DNA from: the human T2T-CHM13v2.0 reference genome, Homo sapiens
Strand: one strand, 5' to 3'
DNA: 64,000 nucleotides
NCBI RefSeq assembly: GCF_009914755.1
Contig: NC_060947.1
Shown: positions 32,106-47,913 of the stretch, in pieces
Layout of the letters: every line of letters starts with the position of its first letter
Position numbering within the stretch: the stretch's first letter is position 1
Translations under genes and position numbers: made by a program
Notes under the pieces: model-generated
What the model saw: only the letters and a program-made list of their open reading frames with translations
Database searches by the model: none
What the model was told of the DNA's origin: nothing

Positions 32106-33577
32106 GGTAACTGGGTAATGAGGAGAGGAAAAACTTTCAATATTGTTTGTTTGACAAAATGACACTATACTGGTGGTAAGGTGAAGGGGATGATATTTAA
32201 AATTTTCTACCACAAAGCATAAGTATGAGGAAACTCTACATTTTTACAGAGTGTTCACACAATAATAAAATAATTACATTTCAACCATGAACATTATGCA
32301 ACAAATGACTGTAGTCCCTGGTCCTTTGCCATCTAAAATGAACTTTCCATAACATTCATTATTGTTTATTAGTGTAGTTTCAATTCACACTAGAAAGAAA
32401 ACAAACCTTACTTTCTGGCTCTGTTTTGATCCCTGGCAACACATTTTCATATGGCATGTTGTTCTGTTTTCCAATTTGGTTGATTTGCTGGCCTTTCAGG
32501 AAGAACCTACCTACCTACCCTTAGAGTGGCACACTGCATTAGCCAAGTTTGAAATGATGAATAATGTCCAATGTGGAAAAAGGTATGAGAATGCATGGAC
32601 TTAAATACCTGAATTTGGCATCTTGCAAGAATGTCCTTGGTTATTGCAACACTATAGATTCTTAGAGAGCAAGAATTATTTCTTGTTTTCTTTTGTGAAC
32701 CCAGTGTATAGCATACTATCTAGGATAAAACAAGGTATTTGAATAGATAGTGCCTGGGTATTCCCTGTATTTCACTAAGATTCCATTCTACGCTTGATTT
32801 AGGCATTAAATAAACACCTTCAAAATTAAAATGGATTGGAATGGTAATACACTATCCAACACTTCTTGAAACATTGATATATCACTATATTCTCAGGCCT
32901 AGCTTACATTCAACCTGTTCCATGAAATACTGCTGATTATCTTGGCCAAAACTGATCTTTCTCTCTTCTGCCTGAATTATTTTATGGAAATTATCATAAT
33001 CTATTTTAAATAATTTATATACATATTATCTTTCTTGCTGAATTATAGGACATTCTTGCCACTCAATAGACACAGGAATTGGGTCTAATATATTATGAGA
33101 CCTCCCAATCGTAAGCATACTATTTGCAAATATAAATTATTAGGTGGCTGGAAGAATGAATGAATGACCAAGAGAGTCTTAGATTAGTCCAAAGAAAATG
33201 AGCCCCTCTTGAAGGGTAAAAGTTCTGTGATACTTAATTTAGTCCTATGCAAAAATTTTTAGTTGGTAAAATATTTAATCATTTTACATTTAGCACGTTT
33301 TTCAAAATTGCATGAATTTTCACATCTTTGTAATGCTGTTAACTCTTTGAAAGTATTTTTAGTGTCATTATGAAAATGTCACAAAGTGAAAATTGTTATT
33401 GCCTCCCACACCTATAATTTCTAAACATGGTTAAAATAACAACAGGATTTTCACTGAATTTGGATTATAGTCTGCAATGATTAAGACATCATTTTTATCA
33501 TAAAATGAATTCATATCTAGAGTTGAATATTTTATAAGAATTCCTCTGTAATATTATAGAAATTGTGATAGCTTTAA

Positions 33578-33707
33578 CCCATTTATGCCTGAGGTTGCAA
33601 TTTTTTGAATTTTTGGAATCAGACCTTGGCGATGACCTTGAGCTGTAGGATATAAATAACTCCCACATGCTTAGTGTTCCAACAATGGAACACTAGGCGT
33701 AAATTGG
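33578..33707 (-). mobile_element. MER85 piggyBac MITE
   Basis: TIRs cccatttatgcct and aggcgtaaattgg, TTAA flanks, internal palindrome gttccaacaatggaac at 33676-33691. Confidence 0.92.
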
Positions 33708-34229
33708 TTTTAATATGTTGTTTGTACTTTAAAACTCTTTATCTGATTGACCATAAATCAACATGGGTCATTAGCCAGAAATAAAGAGTATATCATGGAC
33801 ATCACTTACCGAATTCTAGTGTAATATTTTACAAGATTTCTTATGCTATTGTTATGGGCAAAATGAAGGAATATAGGCTGGATGAAAATACAGTTAAGGT
33901 GGATTTATAGTGGTTAAACAATCAGACATAAAAGGTATCAATTCCTGAATTGTGCGAAATGAAGAGGGACTTCTAGTGGTTTGTCCAGTCAACTCTCTTT
34001 TATTAATACACTTGATGAATAAATGGACAGAATGCATATTGATTTGCAGATTACATAAATCCAATATATTTAAAGACAGAAGTGGCTTGTAAAATATCTT
34101 GACAGTGCTTAAAATACAATCACAAATCAAGATGACAAAATTTTAACTGTACATGGGAAGAAAATCCATCTTGATATTTGGGACAGAGAGTCAACATTGT
34201 TTCAACTTCAGTGTAAAGCAGTATGGAAG

Positions 34230-34420
34230 GGCCTCCGGAACAGCTACATTCAAATACCCATTTTTCCATACAATGCTGTTTTTGTGAACTTGTGAACCTA
34301 GGTAAGTGCTTAACTTCATAAGTAGCACCTATATGATGGGGAAAAAATTCCTGCTTCATAGGGTTTTTAGAATAGAACAAGTAGTGTGCATTGATTGTAG
34401 TAAGCAATCATTGATGGTAC
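34230..34420 (+). mobile_element. MIR relic
   Basis: tgtgaacctaggtaagtgcttaacttc. Confidence 0.6.
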
Positions 34421-34469
34421 TGTAATTATTGCTGTGGCATAAAAAAAAATCTAAACACAACCACAAGTA

Positions 34470-34875
34470 TTGAGAGTCAAGTTCAAGGGAGGTGATATAT
34501 GGTACCCCGAACACATGTAGAGAATCATGCCCCATTCTAAACACCACATTTCAAAAGGAATCCTGGAGACCATCCAGAGAAAACCATTTTTATAAAGAAC
34601 TTTTGAGGAAAGTGGATATTTTTGTCATAAGAGAAAAGCCTAAAGAGACATGATAGCTGTCTCCAAATATTTTGAAATAGTATTTTGTGAAGGAAGTGAT
34701 ATTTTTAGTCAGTGATACTCCAGGAAACAGAAGAAAGACCAATAATAGTTGGAGGTTTTAGGAAAGTAAGTTTTGTGATGATCTGAAGACTCTATCAACA
34801 ATGACATCTCTTTACCAATGGAGCAGGCTGCTTCCACAAGCACCCATGCTCCCCATCTCTGAAATATCAGGGAAA
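34470..34875 (+). mobile_element. L3/CR1 LINE 3' relic
   Basis: gacatgatagctgtctccaaatat and caatggagcaggctgc...ctccccatctctg motifs. Confidence 0.6.
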
Positions 34876-34899
34876 TTATGAATCAAATTCACTATATAC

Positions 34900-35460
34900 C
34901 TGGGAAGATATATTTAGATGGGTTATGCCACTTAAAACCTCTCATTAAACCCTGTAGGTCATGTATTATCTTTCTTATCCCCATTTGTCAGATGACAGAC
35001 TATGTTTGAATTGCCCCAAATCACACTGATAATAAATGTCAGGTTCATATTATTAGAGTCCAACATGTGTGCTTATTTCAGTATATAAATTTGACTTAGG
35101 GATTCATAAACTGGGTGTGAGTTTGTACAAAAAGACAGCTACAGTATCTTAAGGATCATGCATTAATTATCAGTATGGTTCAGTTTTTAGGCTGCTTCTA
35201 GTTTGATTCCATTCTAGTCTGCAGCAGTTTTCCCTTTATGTATACTCTATGCCAGGCAAAGAGCATGCATTATTTATTTTAATTTGTACAGCATCACTGT
35301 GAAGCAAGAGGCCAGATATATTTTGTGTTTTATGTATAGAGAGATCAAAATTGTGAGAAGCTAAATGATTTAACCAAGGTCACAGAGCTAGATAATGACA
35401 AAGACAGAGACAGAAACCAAAATTTCTTCTGACTGTACATATTTTGCTTTCCACTATAGC
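34900..35460 (-). mobile_element. Two MIR relics (about 34900-35070 and 35220-35460)
   Basis: atccccatttgtcagatga; aaatgatttaaccaaggtcacagagcta. Confidence 0.55.
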
Positions 35461-36231
35461 AGGCATCCTGAAATTAATTAAAGATTTCCATAATGGACTA
35501 AGATGTGTGGGTACAGATGATTGTTGCAAAAAACTTTGAAGCAACCAACACCCGCACCTCAAATTATTTTTGTCAATAAAGTCTTCACATGTGGTATATT
35601 TGACAGAATTCCAAGTTTATACAGCTGGGAGATAATTTTTCAATTAAATAGAAAGCTATATAAATGTTTCTTTAAATTTTATTAGATGACATAATGTATC
35701 TTAATAGCATATTCAGTACTTTATATCTCTTATAGTCGGGCAGTGCTTTCTAATTTGTGACCCAAATTCCTGCTGCTCTAGTTTCCACCATGTTCCCTCA
35801 TGTCCTGCCCTCTATGGAAAAAGAAACAAACAAAAAAGCTTCTTGTACATTTCCTTTCATCTATGTAATCATCACTAAATTATTGAAAGTAGACCTCACT
35901 ATTCTAAATTCTGCTTTCATGTTCTGACATTGTCACCTATTCTGCTTAGATCTCTCTTTATAACAAAAATACCTTTATTTACTTCATTCTTGCATTACCT
36001 GAAAGACAAGGTCATTTGAATCAAAATTTTAATTACTTATGTACCTTCTTCTCTCAAGAATATCACAAATTAATTATCATGTTGAAATAACTTTAGCTTC
36101 CCTGTTTGATTATAAATATTTGAGTAATAGAGAATTTAGTAAGACCATTTATTACAACTAAAAGCAATGGAGTCAACCTTCACATCCTGTAGTCTCAATT
36201 CCAGATGACTAAAGTAAATCTTTAAGGACTA

Positions 36232-38231
36232 TATTTTAGTTATTATGACTGTATAACAGACCACCCCAAAGCATGCTGGTGTAAAACAATCATTTACTAT
36301 GCTTAGGGATTCTATGGGTCAGAAATTTGAATAGTGTACAAGATGGAGAGCTTGTGTCTGCTCTACAATGTGGAGCTGGAAGATCCAAAATTTGGGGGCT
36401 GGTATCATTTGAAGGCTCACTTACCCAAAGGTTTAGTGTTTGATGCTGTTGGCTAGGAGCCTTGGTTCTTCTTTATATGAGCTCTCCATGTGGTCTCTCC
36501 ACATGGGCTAGTTTGGGCTCCCTCACAGCATGGAGTATGGAATCCAAGGAAAAACATCCCTAGAGTGAAAGAGAGCCAGGGTAAGCTGTAATATTTTCTG
36601 AACCAGCCTTAGAAGTCACAGATTGCTTTTACCATACTCTGTTAACTGAGGCTCTCACAAGCCTCTGGCCTGATTCAAGGAGAGGGAATGTTCACCTTTT
36701 CGCTTTTTTGTGGGAAGAATGTCAGTCACACAGTAAGAAGAGCAAATGGAAAATATGTATATATAGGTGCAGCCATATTTGGAAAATTTCGTCTGCCACA
36801 GTGAACCCTCTGGACACTCATTTCACATTCCTCCCACATGCAACATACATTCACATCTAGTCAAAAAACATCCAATTACGGTAACAGAGCCGGGATCAAG
36901 GTCCAGAACTGCATCATCTAGGTCAGGTCAAGGTGTGGCTGAAGCTCTTCAGGTGTGGTTGTTCAAGTACACACCTTGATCTTCTAGTACAATTTCTCTC
37001 AGTTTGAGAAACTGTAAAGTAAAAATAAGTTATTTGTCACTTACACACCCAATACACAATGATTGAACAATCATAGGATAATCAAATCACTATAGACCCT
37101 TCAGTTCAAACATGGGGGATACTGGAGGCACACAGGAGTCACTGGTCTATAGGCAATTCTGAAATCCAGCCAGGCACCTGTTGCTAGTTCTTTGATTATG
37201 GATCAGTTTTACTGCCTGGGAATGATTCTTGGCTCCACTGTGTGGGTTCTTCGTTCCGCCATCTGAGTCATCCTTTCTTTTCTATTAAAAAATAGCTCGT
37301 GTTTGCAGCTTGGTTGTTTTGCATCTTGTTTTCTGCCCTTAGATATTAGGGACCAAATGGCCTCCTTTCATTTTGTAATTTCTCTGCCTTTTTCAGTACA
37401 TGATGATATAATTCTTTTAAAATCATTGTGGAGTTCTTACGAATAAATTTATGATCTACTCCAACAAAATCCACACCCATAAATATCTACAGGATAAGCT
37501 CTTCTCTACCTTGAATAGAAACAATCCCCTAAAGGATTCTTAGACTCTTAGTTGTGTTGTTTATCAGAGAGACTGAGTAATCTCACTTTTACTGAAGGTC
37601 TCACTGGCAGCCTCCCTCAGAGCCATCACCTTTCTGTTAAGGCTTTTCCAAATGTCTGTCTCTTTGTCCCAAATCCAATGCTATATTTTAGGATTTTGTT
37701 ATGGCAGCATCCCACCTTTGCAATGATTTAATGGTACAATACAAATAACTCCAAAACTTAGTGGTATAAAATGACCATTTATTATGCTCATGAATTCTGT
37801 GGGTCAATAATTTGGTTAAAGATTTCATAGAAATTTCTTTCTCAACTTTTTCATGTGATTGCAGTTAGGTATTGGCTGGGGCTGCAGTCACCAGAAAGCT
37901 CAACTAAAATTGGAAGTTCCACTTATAAGATATCTCACATTACTGGCAATTTGGCACTAGCTACTGGGAAGACAGTTCTTCTCTTCATGGATCCGCTTGG
38001 GTGTCATCATAGCATGGCAGCTTACTTTCCCTAGAGCCAGGGATGCAAAAGGCCAAATCAGAAGCTGCAACGACTTTTATTAACTAGCAGTGAAACCAGC
38101 ATTATCAACTTGTCCATATTCTATTAGTCATATGTAACCTGCTCTGATTCAGTATAGGCGGGGGATACACAAAGGCCTGAATATCGGGAAATATGGATTA
38201 TTGGGGATCCTCTTGGGGGTTGACTACCACA
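36232..38231 (-). mobile_element. MLT1 MaLR LTR - internal remnant - LTR arrangement
   Basis: LTR 36232-36800 (ends tctgccaca), internal sequence 36801-37718, LTR about 37730-38231 (ends actaccaca). Confidence 0.75.
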
Positions 38232-38467
38232 AATTAAAAGTGACAAATATAAAATGTGATCCTCCATACCTTCTAACAGATTCAGACATATCTTTGGATT
38301 ATCTGTGTCAGTTAATGTGCTGTCTCCCTCCCTACCTCATTTCCTCTGGACCCCATTTACTGACTCATAAACGTATCCTGTTTTCTTGTTTTCTCAAATC
38401 TACTCAAACATCTGATCTGAAAACTAATATTAATATGCATCCAGAACTGAGAAACATTGTTCTAAAC

Positions 38468-38806
38468 CAGTGCTTCTAAAATACAAGTCAGTCAAGTATC
38501 TTGTTAAATTGTCAATTCTGATTGACTAGATCTGGGACAAGGCCAGGATTTTCCATTTCTAAAAAGTACCCAATTGATGCGATGTTGCTTTTCACAGACC
38601 ACATTTTTGTGTTGCGAAGCTAGATCAGTGGTTGTATACCTTTGCTGCATGCTGAAATCATTTAGGGAGTTTTTAAAAATACTGATGTCTGGAGTCCCAT
38701 CTCTAGAGATCCTAATTTAATTGTTCTGCAGTAAAGCTTGGGCATCAAAATTTCTTAAATCTCCCCAGATGATTACAGTATGAAAGTAGGCTTGAAAATC
38801 ACTACT
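38468..38806. mobile_element. Tandem MER5-family hAT-Charlie MITEs
   Basis: cagtgcttctaaaa... followed by ctagatcagtggttg...ttgaaaatcact. Confidence 0.7.
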
Positions 38807-39261
38807 GCAGACTAAAATTAGATCAGAAATTTGAGAATAAGTAGAATAATTCTGGTTAATAAGAGTTCCCAGAAACCAGGAGCTGATTGTTATGGGGTGT
38901 GTCCTAAAAGAGGGAAAACTTCTGCCCAAGAAGACTCAGGTCTTCCGAAATGAGCTCTGTTCATGTTCCCAGGGGAATAGTAGAGCTGAGTCATTGGAAT
39001 ATACTAGCTGTTCCTCTAGTTAGCATCCTCTCTTGACTTACCTGACCAGTATCCTGCGCCTTGTTAGAGGGCCTCATGACTTCTTTCATTTTAAGGTTTT
39101 GCTTGGTTTCTCTTTATTCACTGTGAATGGAAACACTGTCCCCACCCCCAAAATAAGGTCTCAGTACATCTAAAACCAAGATAAGGCAATAGGAGTTAAA
39201 ACACCTTCTGCAAAAGAAATGGTCAAACTTAAAAACACAAGATTCCCTGACCTGGTTTCCT

Positions 39262-39671
39262 TTCTTAGTCTGTCTGTGCTGATATAATAAAATACCTTAG
39301 ACAAGGTAATTTATAAAGAACACAAATTTATTTCTCACTGTTCTGGAGGCTGGGAAGTCTAAGATCAAGGCGCTGGCAGGTTCAGTGTCTGGTGAAAGGC
39401 TCTATCTCTCCTTTCACGACAGCATCTTGTTGCTGCATCCTCCAGAGAGGATGAGCACTGAATCCTCACATGGAAGAAGAATGGAAGAGCAAAAGGGACT
39501 TAAGCTAATTCCCTCCAGTCCTTCCAGAAGGCACTAATCCATTCATGAAGGTGGAGCCATCATGACTTAATCACTTCTCCAAAAGGTTTCACCTCTTAAT
39601 ACCACCACAATGCACAACAGGGATTAAGCTTCAAGAATGTTGGAGGGGACACCTTCATTCAAAGCATAGCA
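39262..39671 (-). mobile_element. MST/MLT1A-type MaLR solo LTR
   Basis: ttctggaggctgggaagtctaagatcaagg...cattcaaagcatagca. Confidence 0.85.
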
Positions 39672-39880
39672 TTTGATATGTACCTGAATCATGCTATGCT
39701 AATAGTTTTATATGTATTAGCTCATTTATTCCTAACCAAAATAGTGTAAGGTTTCAGTTATCCTATTTTGTTGGTGAGAAAACTGAAATTCAGGTAGGTT
39801 TAGTAACAGGACAAAATCACATGGCTCTAAAGGGATAAAACCTGTATTTCTATTTGATTTCAGAGTCTGATTTTTTTTAA
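39672..39880 (-). mobile_element. MIR relic
   Basis: tatcctattttgttggtgagaaaactgaaattcag. Confidence 0.6.
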
Positions 39881-40079
39881 CCTGTATCTTAGAATGTCTT
39901 TCTAATACTTAAGTAAATATTTATTTGGTAGTTGTAAGTAGAGATGGACATATTTTACATCCTACATGAAAACTATGCAAACTTCACTGATAGAATACCA
40001 TGTTGATTCATAGGAATCTGAGATAATTTCCCAGATTCTATGTAGGAAGTTATTTAAGATATTGATTTTTGTTAAATGA

Positions 40080-40432
40080 TGTGTTATTCCGTTTTCACAC
40101 TGCTGATAAAGACATACCCGAGACTGGGCCTGAGGTTTATTGGACTCACAGTTCCACATGGCCAGGGACACCTCACAATTACGGCAGAAGGCAAAGAGGA
40201 GCAAGTCACTTCTTAAGTGGATGGCAGCAGGCAAAGAGAGAGCTTGTGCAGAGAAACTCCCATTTTTAAAACCATCAGATCTCATGAGACCCATTCATTA
40301 TCACGAGAACAGCATGGGAAAGACCCGCCCCCATGATTCAATCATCTCCCACCAGGTCACTCCCACAATATGTGGGAATTGTGGGAGCTACCAGATGAGA
40401 TTTGGGTGGAGACACAGAGCCAAACTATATCA
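40080..40432 (-). mobile_element. THE1A-like solo LTR
   Basis: tgctgataaagacatacccgagactggg...gaaactcccatttttaaaaccatcag...caaactatatca. Confidence 0.9.
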
Positions 40433-41009
40433 AGCGAGGTTCAAACATTGGGTAAAAGGTTCAAGCTGTGGGGAGAATGTAAAGAGAATGATTTGCATTT
40501 GTTATACCTTGAGTTTGAGGTTCTGACTTGTCATATGCAGTTGAAGAAATCTACCAGTCAATAGCACACTTAGAGCCAGATCTCAGAGGTGAACTGTATG
40601 GGAGTTGTTGGCTTATATATCATGGTTGAAAATAAAATATGGATGAATATACTATGAGAATCTACCTGGCCTGAAAGACAAGGTGGTCCTCAGATAGATT
40701 ACAAACAAGAACTTCCAAACTTAAAGGCTGGCCAGAGAAAAAGAAATCAGAAAAATGACGGCATTTTCTTTATTACAGCATAAAACAGAACCAGGATGTG
40801 GTGACATGGGAACAGAGAGAGCACATGTGTTCAAAAATGTACCGAGCTACTGTGCTAATCCTGCAGCATGTCCAAGTAAGGGATGGAGAGAGTTTATCTT
40901 TTGAGAAGTAGGTTGCAATGGAAATGTGGGATATTCAAATATTATAAGCACCCAAGAAAGTTATATCTGGGCTCCTTGCAATGTGTCTCCCCAGATTTGA
41001 GTTAAACTT

Positions 41010-43213
41010 CAAAATAATAGGAGCCATCTGTGAAAAACACAGAGCCAACATCACACTGAATAGACAAAAGCTGAAAGAATTCCTTTTGAACACTGGAACA
41101 AGACAAGGATGCCCTCTGTCACCATTCCTATTCAATACAGTACTGGAAGTCCTAGCCAGAGCAATTAGAGAAGTGAAAGAAAAGAAAGGCATCCAAATAG
41201 GAACAGAGGGAGTCAAACCATCTCTGTTTGCAGATGATATGATTCTATACCTATAAAATCCCATAGTTTCTGTCCTAAATCTCCTAGATCTGATAACAAC
41301 TTCAGCAATGTTTCAGGATGCAAAATCAATGTACAAAAATCAGTAGCATTCCTATACACCAACAACATCTAAGCCAAGAGTCAAATCAAGAATGCAACAC
41401 CATTCACAATAGCCACAAAAAGAATAAAATAGCTAGGAGTACAGCTAACCAGGGAGGTGAAAGATCTCTATAATGAGAATTACAAAACACTGCTCAAAGA
41501 AATCAGAGATGATAGAAACAAATGGAAATTCATTCTGTGCTCATGGATAGGAAGAATCAATATTGTTAAAATGACCATACTGCCTAAAGCAAATTACAGA
41601 TTCAGTGCTATTCCTATGAAGGTACTAATGACATTCTTCACAGAATTAGGGGAAAAAACTATTTTAAAAATTATGTGGAACCTAAAAAGAGCCCAAATAG
41701 CCAAGGCAATCCTAAGCAAAAGAAGAATAAGAAGAAAAAGAAGAAGAAGAAGAAGCTGAGGACATCACATTACCCACCTTTAAACTACACTACAAGGCTA
41801 CAGTAACCAAAACAGCATGGTAGTAGTACAAAAACAGACACATTGACCAATGGAACACAATAGAGAGCCCAGTAATAACGCTGCACACCTACACCCATCC
41901 CCATCTGATCTTTTACAAAGTAGACAATAACAAGCAATGGGGAAAGGACTCCCTATTTAATAAATGGTGCTGGGTTACTTGGCTAGCCATATACAGAAGA
42001 TTGAAACTGGATCACTTCCTTATACCATATACAAAAATCAACTCAAGATGGATTAAAGGCTTAAATGTAAAATCCAAAACTATAAAAACCCTGGAAGACA
42101 ACCTAGGTAATATCATTCTGGACATAGGCCCTGGCAAAGACTTCGTGACAGACTCCAAAAGCAATTGCAACAAAAACAAAAATTGACAAGTGGGACCAGA
42201 TTAAACTAAATAGCTCCTGTACAGCAAGAGAAACTATCAACAGAGTAAACAGACAACCTACAGAACATGAGAACATATTTGTGAACTATGCATCTGACAA
42301 AATACTAATATCCAGAACCTATAAGGAACTTACATTAAGAAGCAAAAACCAAACAACCTCATTTTAAAAGTGAGCAAAGGACATGAACAGACAATTTTCG
42401 AAAGAAGACATATACGCAGCCAACAAGCATATGAACAAAATGCTCAAATCACTAATCATTGAAGAAATGGAAGTCAAAGCCACGAGATATCATCTCTTCA
42501 GACAAATCAGAATGGCTACTATTAAAAAGTCAAAAAATAACAGATGCTGGTGAGGTTGTGGAGAAAAGAAGAACGCTTATACACTGCTGGTGAAAATATA
42601 AATTAGTTCAGCCACTGTGGAAAGCAGCGTGGCAATTTTTCAAAGAATTTAAAACAGAAGTATCATTTGATCCAGCATCCCATTATTGAGTATATACCAA
42701 AAACAATATAAATCATTCTACCATAAAGACACATGCACACGTATGCTCATCATAGCACTATTCACAATAGTAAACACATGGAATCAACCTAAATGCTCAT
42801 CAGCGGTAGACTGGATAAAGAAAATGTGGTACATATACACCATGGAATACTATACAGCCATAAAAAATTATGATATCATGTCCTTTGCAGCAACGTGGAT
42901 GGAGCTGAAGGCCATTATCCTAAGAGAATTAATGCAGGAACAGAAAGCCAAATACCACATGTTCTCACATATAAGCAGGAGTTAAATATTGAGGACACAT
43001 GGACACAAGGAAGGGAACAACAGACACCAGGGCCTACTTGAGGATGAAGGATGGGAGGAGAGAAAGGATCAAAAACTGCCTATCTGGTACTGTGCTTATT
43101 ACCTGGGTGACAAAATAATCTGTACAACAAACCCCCGTGATATACAACCTACCTGTATAACAAACCTGCACATGTACGCCTGAACTTAAAAGTTAATAAA
43201 TAAAAGAAAAAAA
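41010..43213 (+). mobile_element. 5'-truncated L1 (L1PA13-16-like), RT region to 3' UTR
   Basis: [15 protein letters not shown]...[11 protein letters not shown]; 3' UTR and A-tail; multiple stops. Confidence 0.93.
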
Positions 43214-44424
43214 TTTAGCTTATTAATGGCCATATTAAAGATCAGGAAACACAGAGAAGTGGAGGACTCGACGCACATTCACACATCTGGGACACAGCAA
43301 AATGTGGATATGAACTCACATCTGTTGATTCTAAGACACTTGCTCTTCTTTTGTAGGCACTTTTCATTGAGATAAAGTTCATATAACCTAAAATTCACCA
43401 TTTTAACTATTTTATTTCTTTATTACTTTTAGTTGACAGATAAAAATTGCATGTATTTATTGTGTACAACATGATGCTTTGAAGTATGTAAACACTGCAG
43501 AATGACCCAGTCTAGCTAATTAAAATATGCATTACCTCACACAGTTATTATTTTTGTGGTGTGAACCCTTTACAGCCACTCTATTAACATTTTTCAAGAA
43601 TACATATGTGTTGAAAAATATAGTTAGAATATAGTCTTGTTAACTATAGTCATCATGTTGTACAATAGATCTCATGAACTTATTCCTCCTATCTAACTGA
43701 AATTTGTATCCTTTGACCAATGTCTCCTCAACTCCCACCCTCCAATCACCCCAGCCCTTGGTAACAACCATTCTACTCTCCACTTCTATGAGATCAACAT
43801 TTTTACATTTCACATGAGTGAAATCATGTGGTATTTGTTTTTCTGTGTCTGGCTTATTTCACTTAATATAATGACCTCCAGGTTCATCCATGTTGTCACA
43901 AATGACAGAACTTCCTTCTTTTTTAAGGATAAATATTCCATTGTGTATACATTTATGTATTATATTTTTATTCATTCATCTGTTAATGGATACTCAGATT
44001 GATTTCATATCTTGGTTATTATGAATAATGTTGCAACAAGAATGAAGATACAGATACCTCTGAGATACTGATTTCATTTTCTGTGGATATATACCCAGTT
44101 GTAGGATTGCTGGATCATAGAGTAGTACTATCCAGTAGTGTGATCCAGTTTTTTGAGGAACAACCATACAGTGGTCTATAATGGCTGTACTAATTTACAT
44201 TCCCATCAGCAGTGTTTAAGGGTTCTCATTTCTCCACATCATCTCCAACCCTTGTTATAGTTTGTCTTTTTGACAATAGCTATTATAATTGAGGTTTGAT
44301 GATATCTCATTGTGGGTTTGGTTTGTATTTCTCTGATGATTAGAAATGTTGACCATGTTTTCATATACCTGTTGACTATATGTATGTATTTTTTGAGAAA
44401 TATCTATTCAAGTCTTTTGCCCTT

Positions 44425-44913
<489 letters not shown>

Positions 44914-45796
44914 TGAAGAAGCTTTTAAGTTGATAAAGTGCCATTTGTCTATTTTGCTTTTGTTGCCTGTGCTTTTGGGGTTATATCCAAAAAGTCATTT
45001 CCCAGGCCAATGTCAGGGAGATTTTCGCTTATTTTTCCTTCTAGTTGTTTCACAGTTTGAGGTCTTACATTTTAAGTCTTTAATTCATTTTGAGTTAATT
45101 TTTGTATGTGATGCGAGGTAATTGTCTAATTTCATTCTTTTGTATGTGAATATCCAGTTTTCTCAATAACGTTTATTAAAGAGACTGTCCTTTCCCCATT
45201 GTGTGTTCTTGACATCTTTGTCAAAGATCATTTAAATGTAAATGTGTGGTTTCATTTCTTTGTTCTCTATTCTGTTTCATTGGTCTATTTGTCTGTTTTT
45301 ATGCCAATACCATGCTGTTGTGTAGTACATTTTGCTTTGTAGTATATTTTGAAGTCAAGAAATGTGATGCCTTTAACTTTGTTCTTTTTTTCTCCAAATT
45401 ACTTTGGCTATTCTGAGTCTTTTGTAGTTCTAAATGAATTTTAGAATTTTTTTCTATTTTTGTGAAGAATATCATTGGTATTTTGATACAATTGCGTTGA
45501 ATCTCCATGAACATGAGATACCTTTCCAATTACACGTGTCTTCTTCAGTTTGATTCCATTGATGTTTTATAGTCTTTATGTAAAGATTTTTACCCCTTTG
45601 AACAGATTTATTCCTAAGTATTCTTTTATAGCTGTTGTAATGAGATTGCTTCCTTGATTTCTTATTCAGATAGTTTACTGTTAGTGTATAGAAATACTCC
45701 TGATTTTTGTGTGTTGATTTGTATCCTGCAACTTTATTGAATTCATTTGTTAGTTATTACAGTTTTTTGGTGGAGTCTTTAGAATTTTCTGTATGA

Positions 45797-46258
<462 letters not shown>

Positions 46259-47596
46259 TAAAAGTAAAGTTTTCAACTATTCCCCATTTAGTATAATGTT
46301 AGCTGTGTTTATATGTGGCATTTATTATGTTGCGGTACATTTCTTCTATACGTAATTTGTTGAGAGTTTTTATCATGAAAGGATGTTGAATTTTATCAAA
46401 TGTTCTTTCTACATCTATTGAAATGATCATATGGTTTCTGTCCTTCATTCTGTTAAGCTGATGTATTACACTTATTGATTTGCATATGTGAATCATCCTT
46501 GCATCCCTGGGCTGAATCTCACTTGATCATGGCCAATAATCTTTTTCATGTGCTGTTAAATTCAGTTTGCTGATATTTTTTGAGGATTTTTACACCTATG
46601 TTTATCATGGATATTGGCCTGTAGTTTTATTGCAATGTTCTTGCCTTACTTTGGTATCAGATTAATGCTGGTCTCATAAAATGGGTTTGGAAGTGTTCCT
46701 CCTCTTCAAATCTTTGGAGGAATTTGGGAAGCATTAATTTTAGTTCTTTTTAAAATGTTTGCTGGAATTTAGCAGTGAAGCCATCAGGTCCTGGGCTTTT
46801 CTTTGATAGGAGACTTTTTATTACTGAGTAGTCTTCCTAACTCATTATTGGTCGGTTGAGATTTTCTATTCATAATTCAATTTTAGTAGGTTGTGTGTGG
46901 CAAGAAATTTAACCATTTCTTCTAAGTTATCCAATTTGTTGGCATATAATTGTAACTAATAGTCTCTTCTGATATTTTGTTTTTCTGTTGTATCCCTTGT
47001 AATGTCTCTCTTTTCATTTTTGATTTTATCTATTTCACTCTTCTCTTTTTTCTTGGTCTAGCTAATGGTTTGTCAATATTTCTATCTTTCCAAAATAATA
47101 ATTCCATTTTTTGATCTTTTCTATTGTTTTTCTAGTCTTTATTTCATTTATTTCTACTCTGATCTTTATGATTTCCTTCTTTCTGCTAACGTTAGGCTAC
47201 TTTATTCTTGTTTTCCCAGTTTGTCGAGGTGCACCATTAAGTGGTTTATTGAGATATTTCTTCTTTTTTAATGTAGGCAATTATTCCTATAAACTTCCCC
47301 CTTGGAACTGCTTTTGCTGTGTCCCATAGGTTTTGGTGTGTTGTATTTCCATGCTTGTCCAAAACAATTCTTTTAATTTTTCCTTTAACTTCTTCATTGA
47401 CCCATTGATTGTTCAGGAACATATTGTTTAATTTCCATGTATTTATACATTTTCTGAAGTTCTTTCTGTTATTGATTGTTTTATACCATCATGGTCAGAA
47501 AATACTTTATATTATTTCAATCTTCTTAAGTTTTTTAAGATTTGTTTTGTGGTTTAACATATGCTCTTTCCTGGAGGATGTTCAATGCACAGTTGA

Positions 47597-47913
<317 letters not shown>

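Noticed and set aside
41457-41759. ORF with an arginine-rich tail ([13 protein letters not shown])
   Set aside because: An L1 ORF2 fragment running into a (GAA)n expansion at about 41720-41755.
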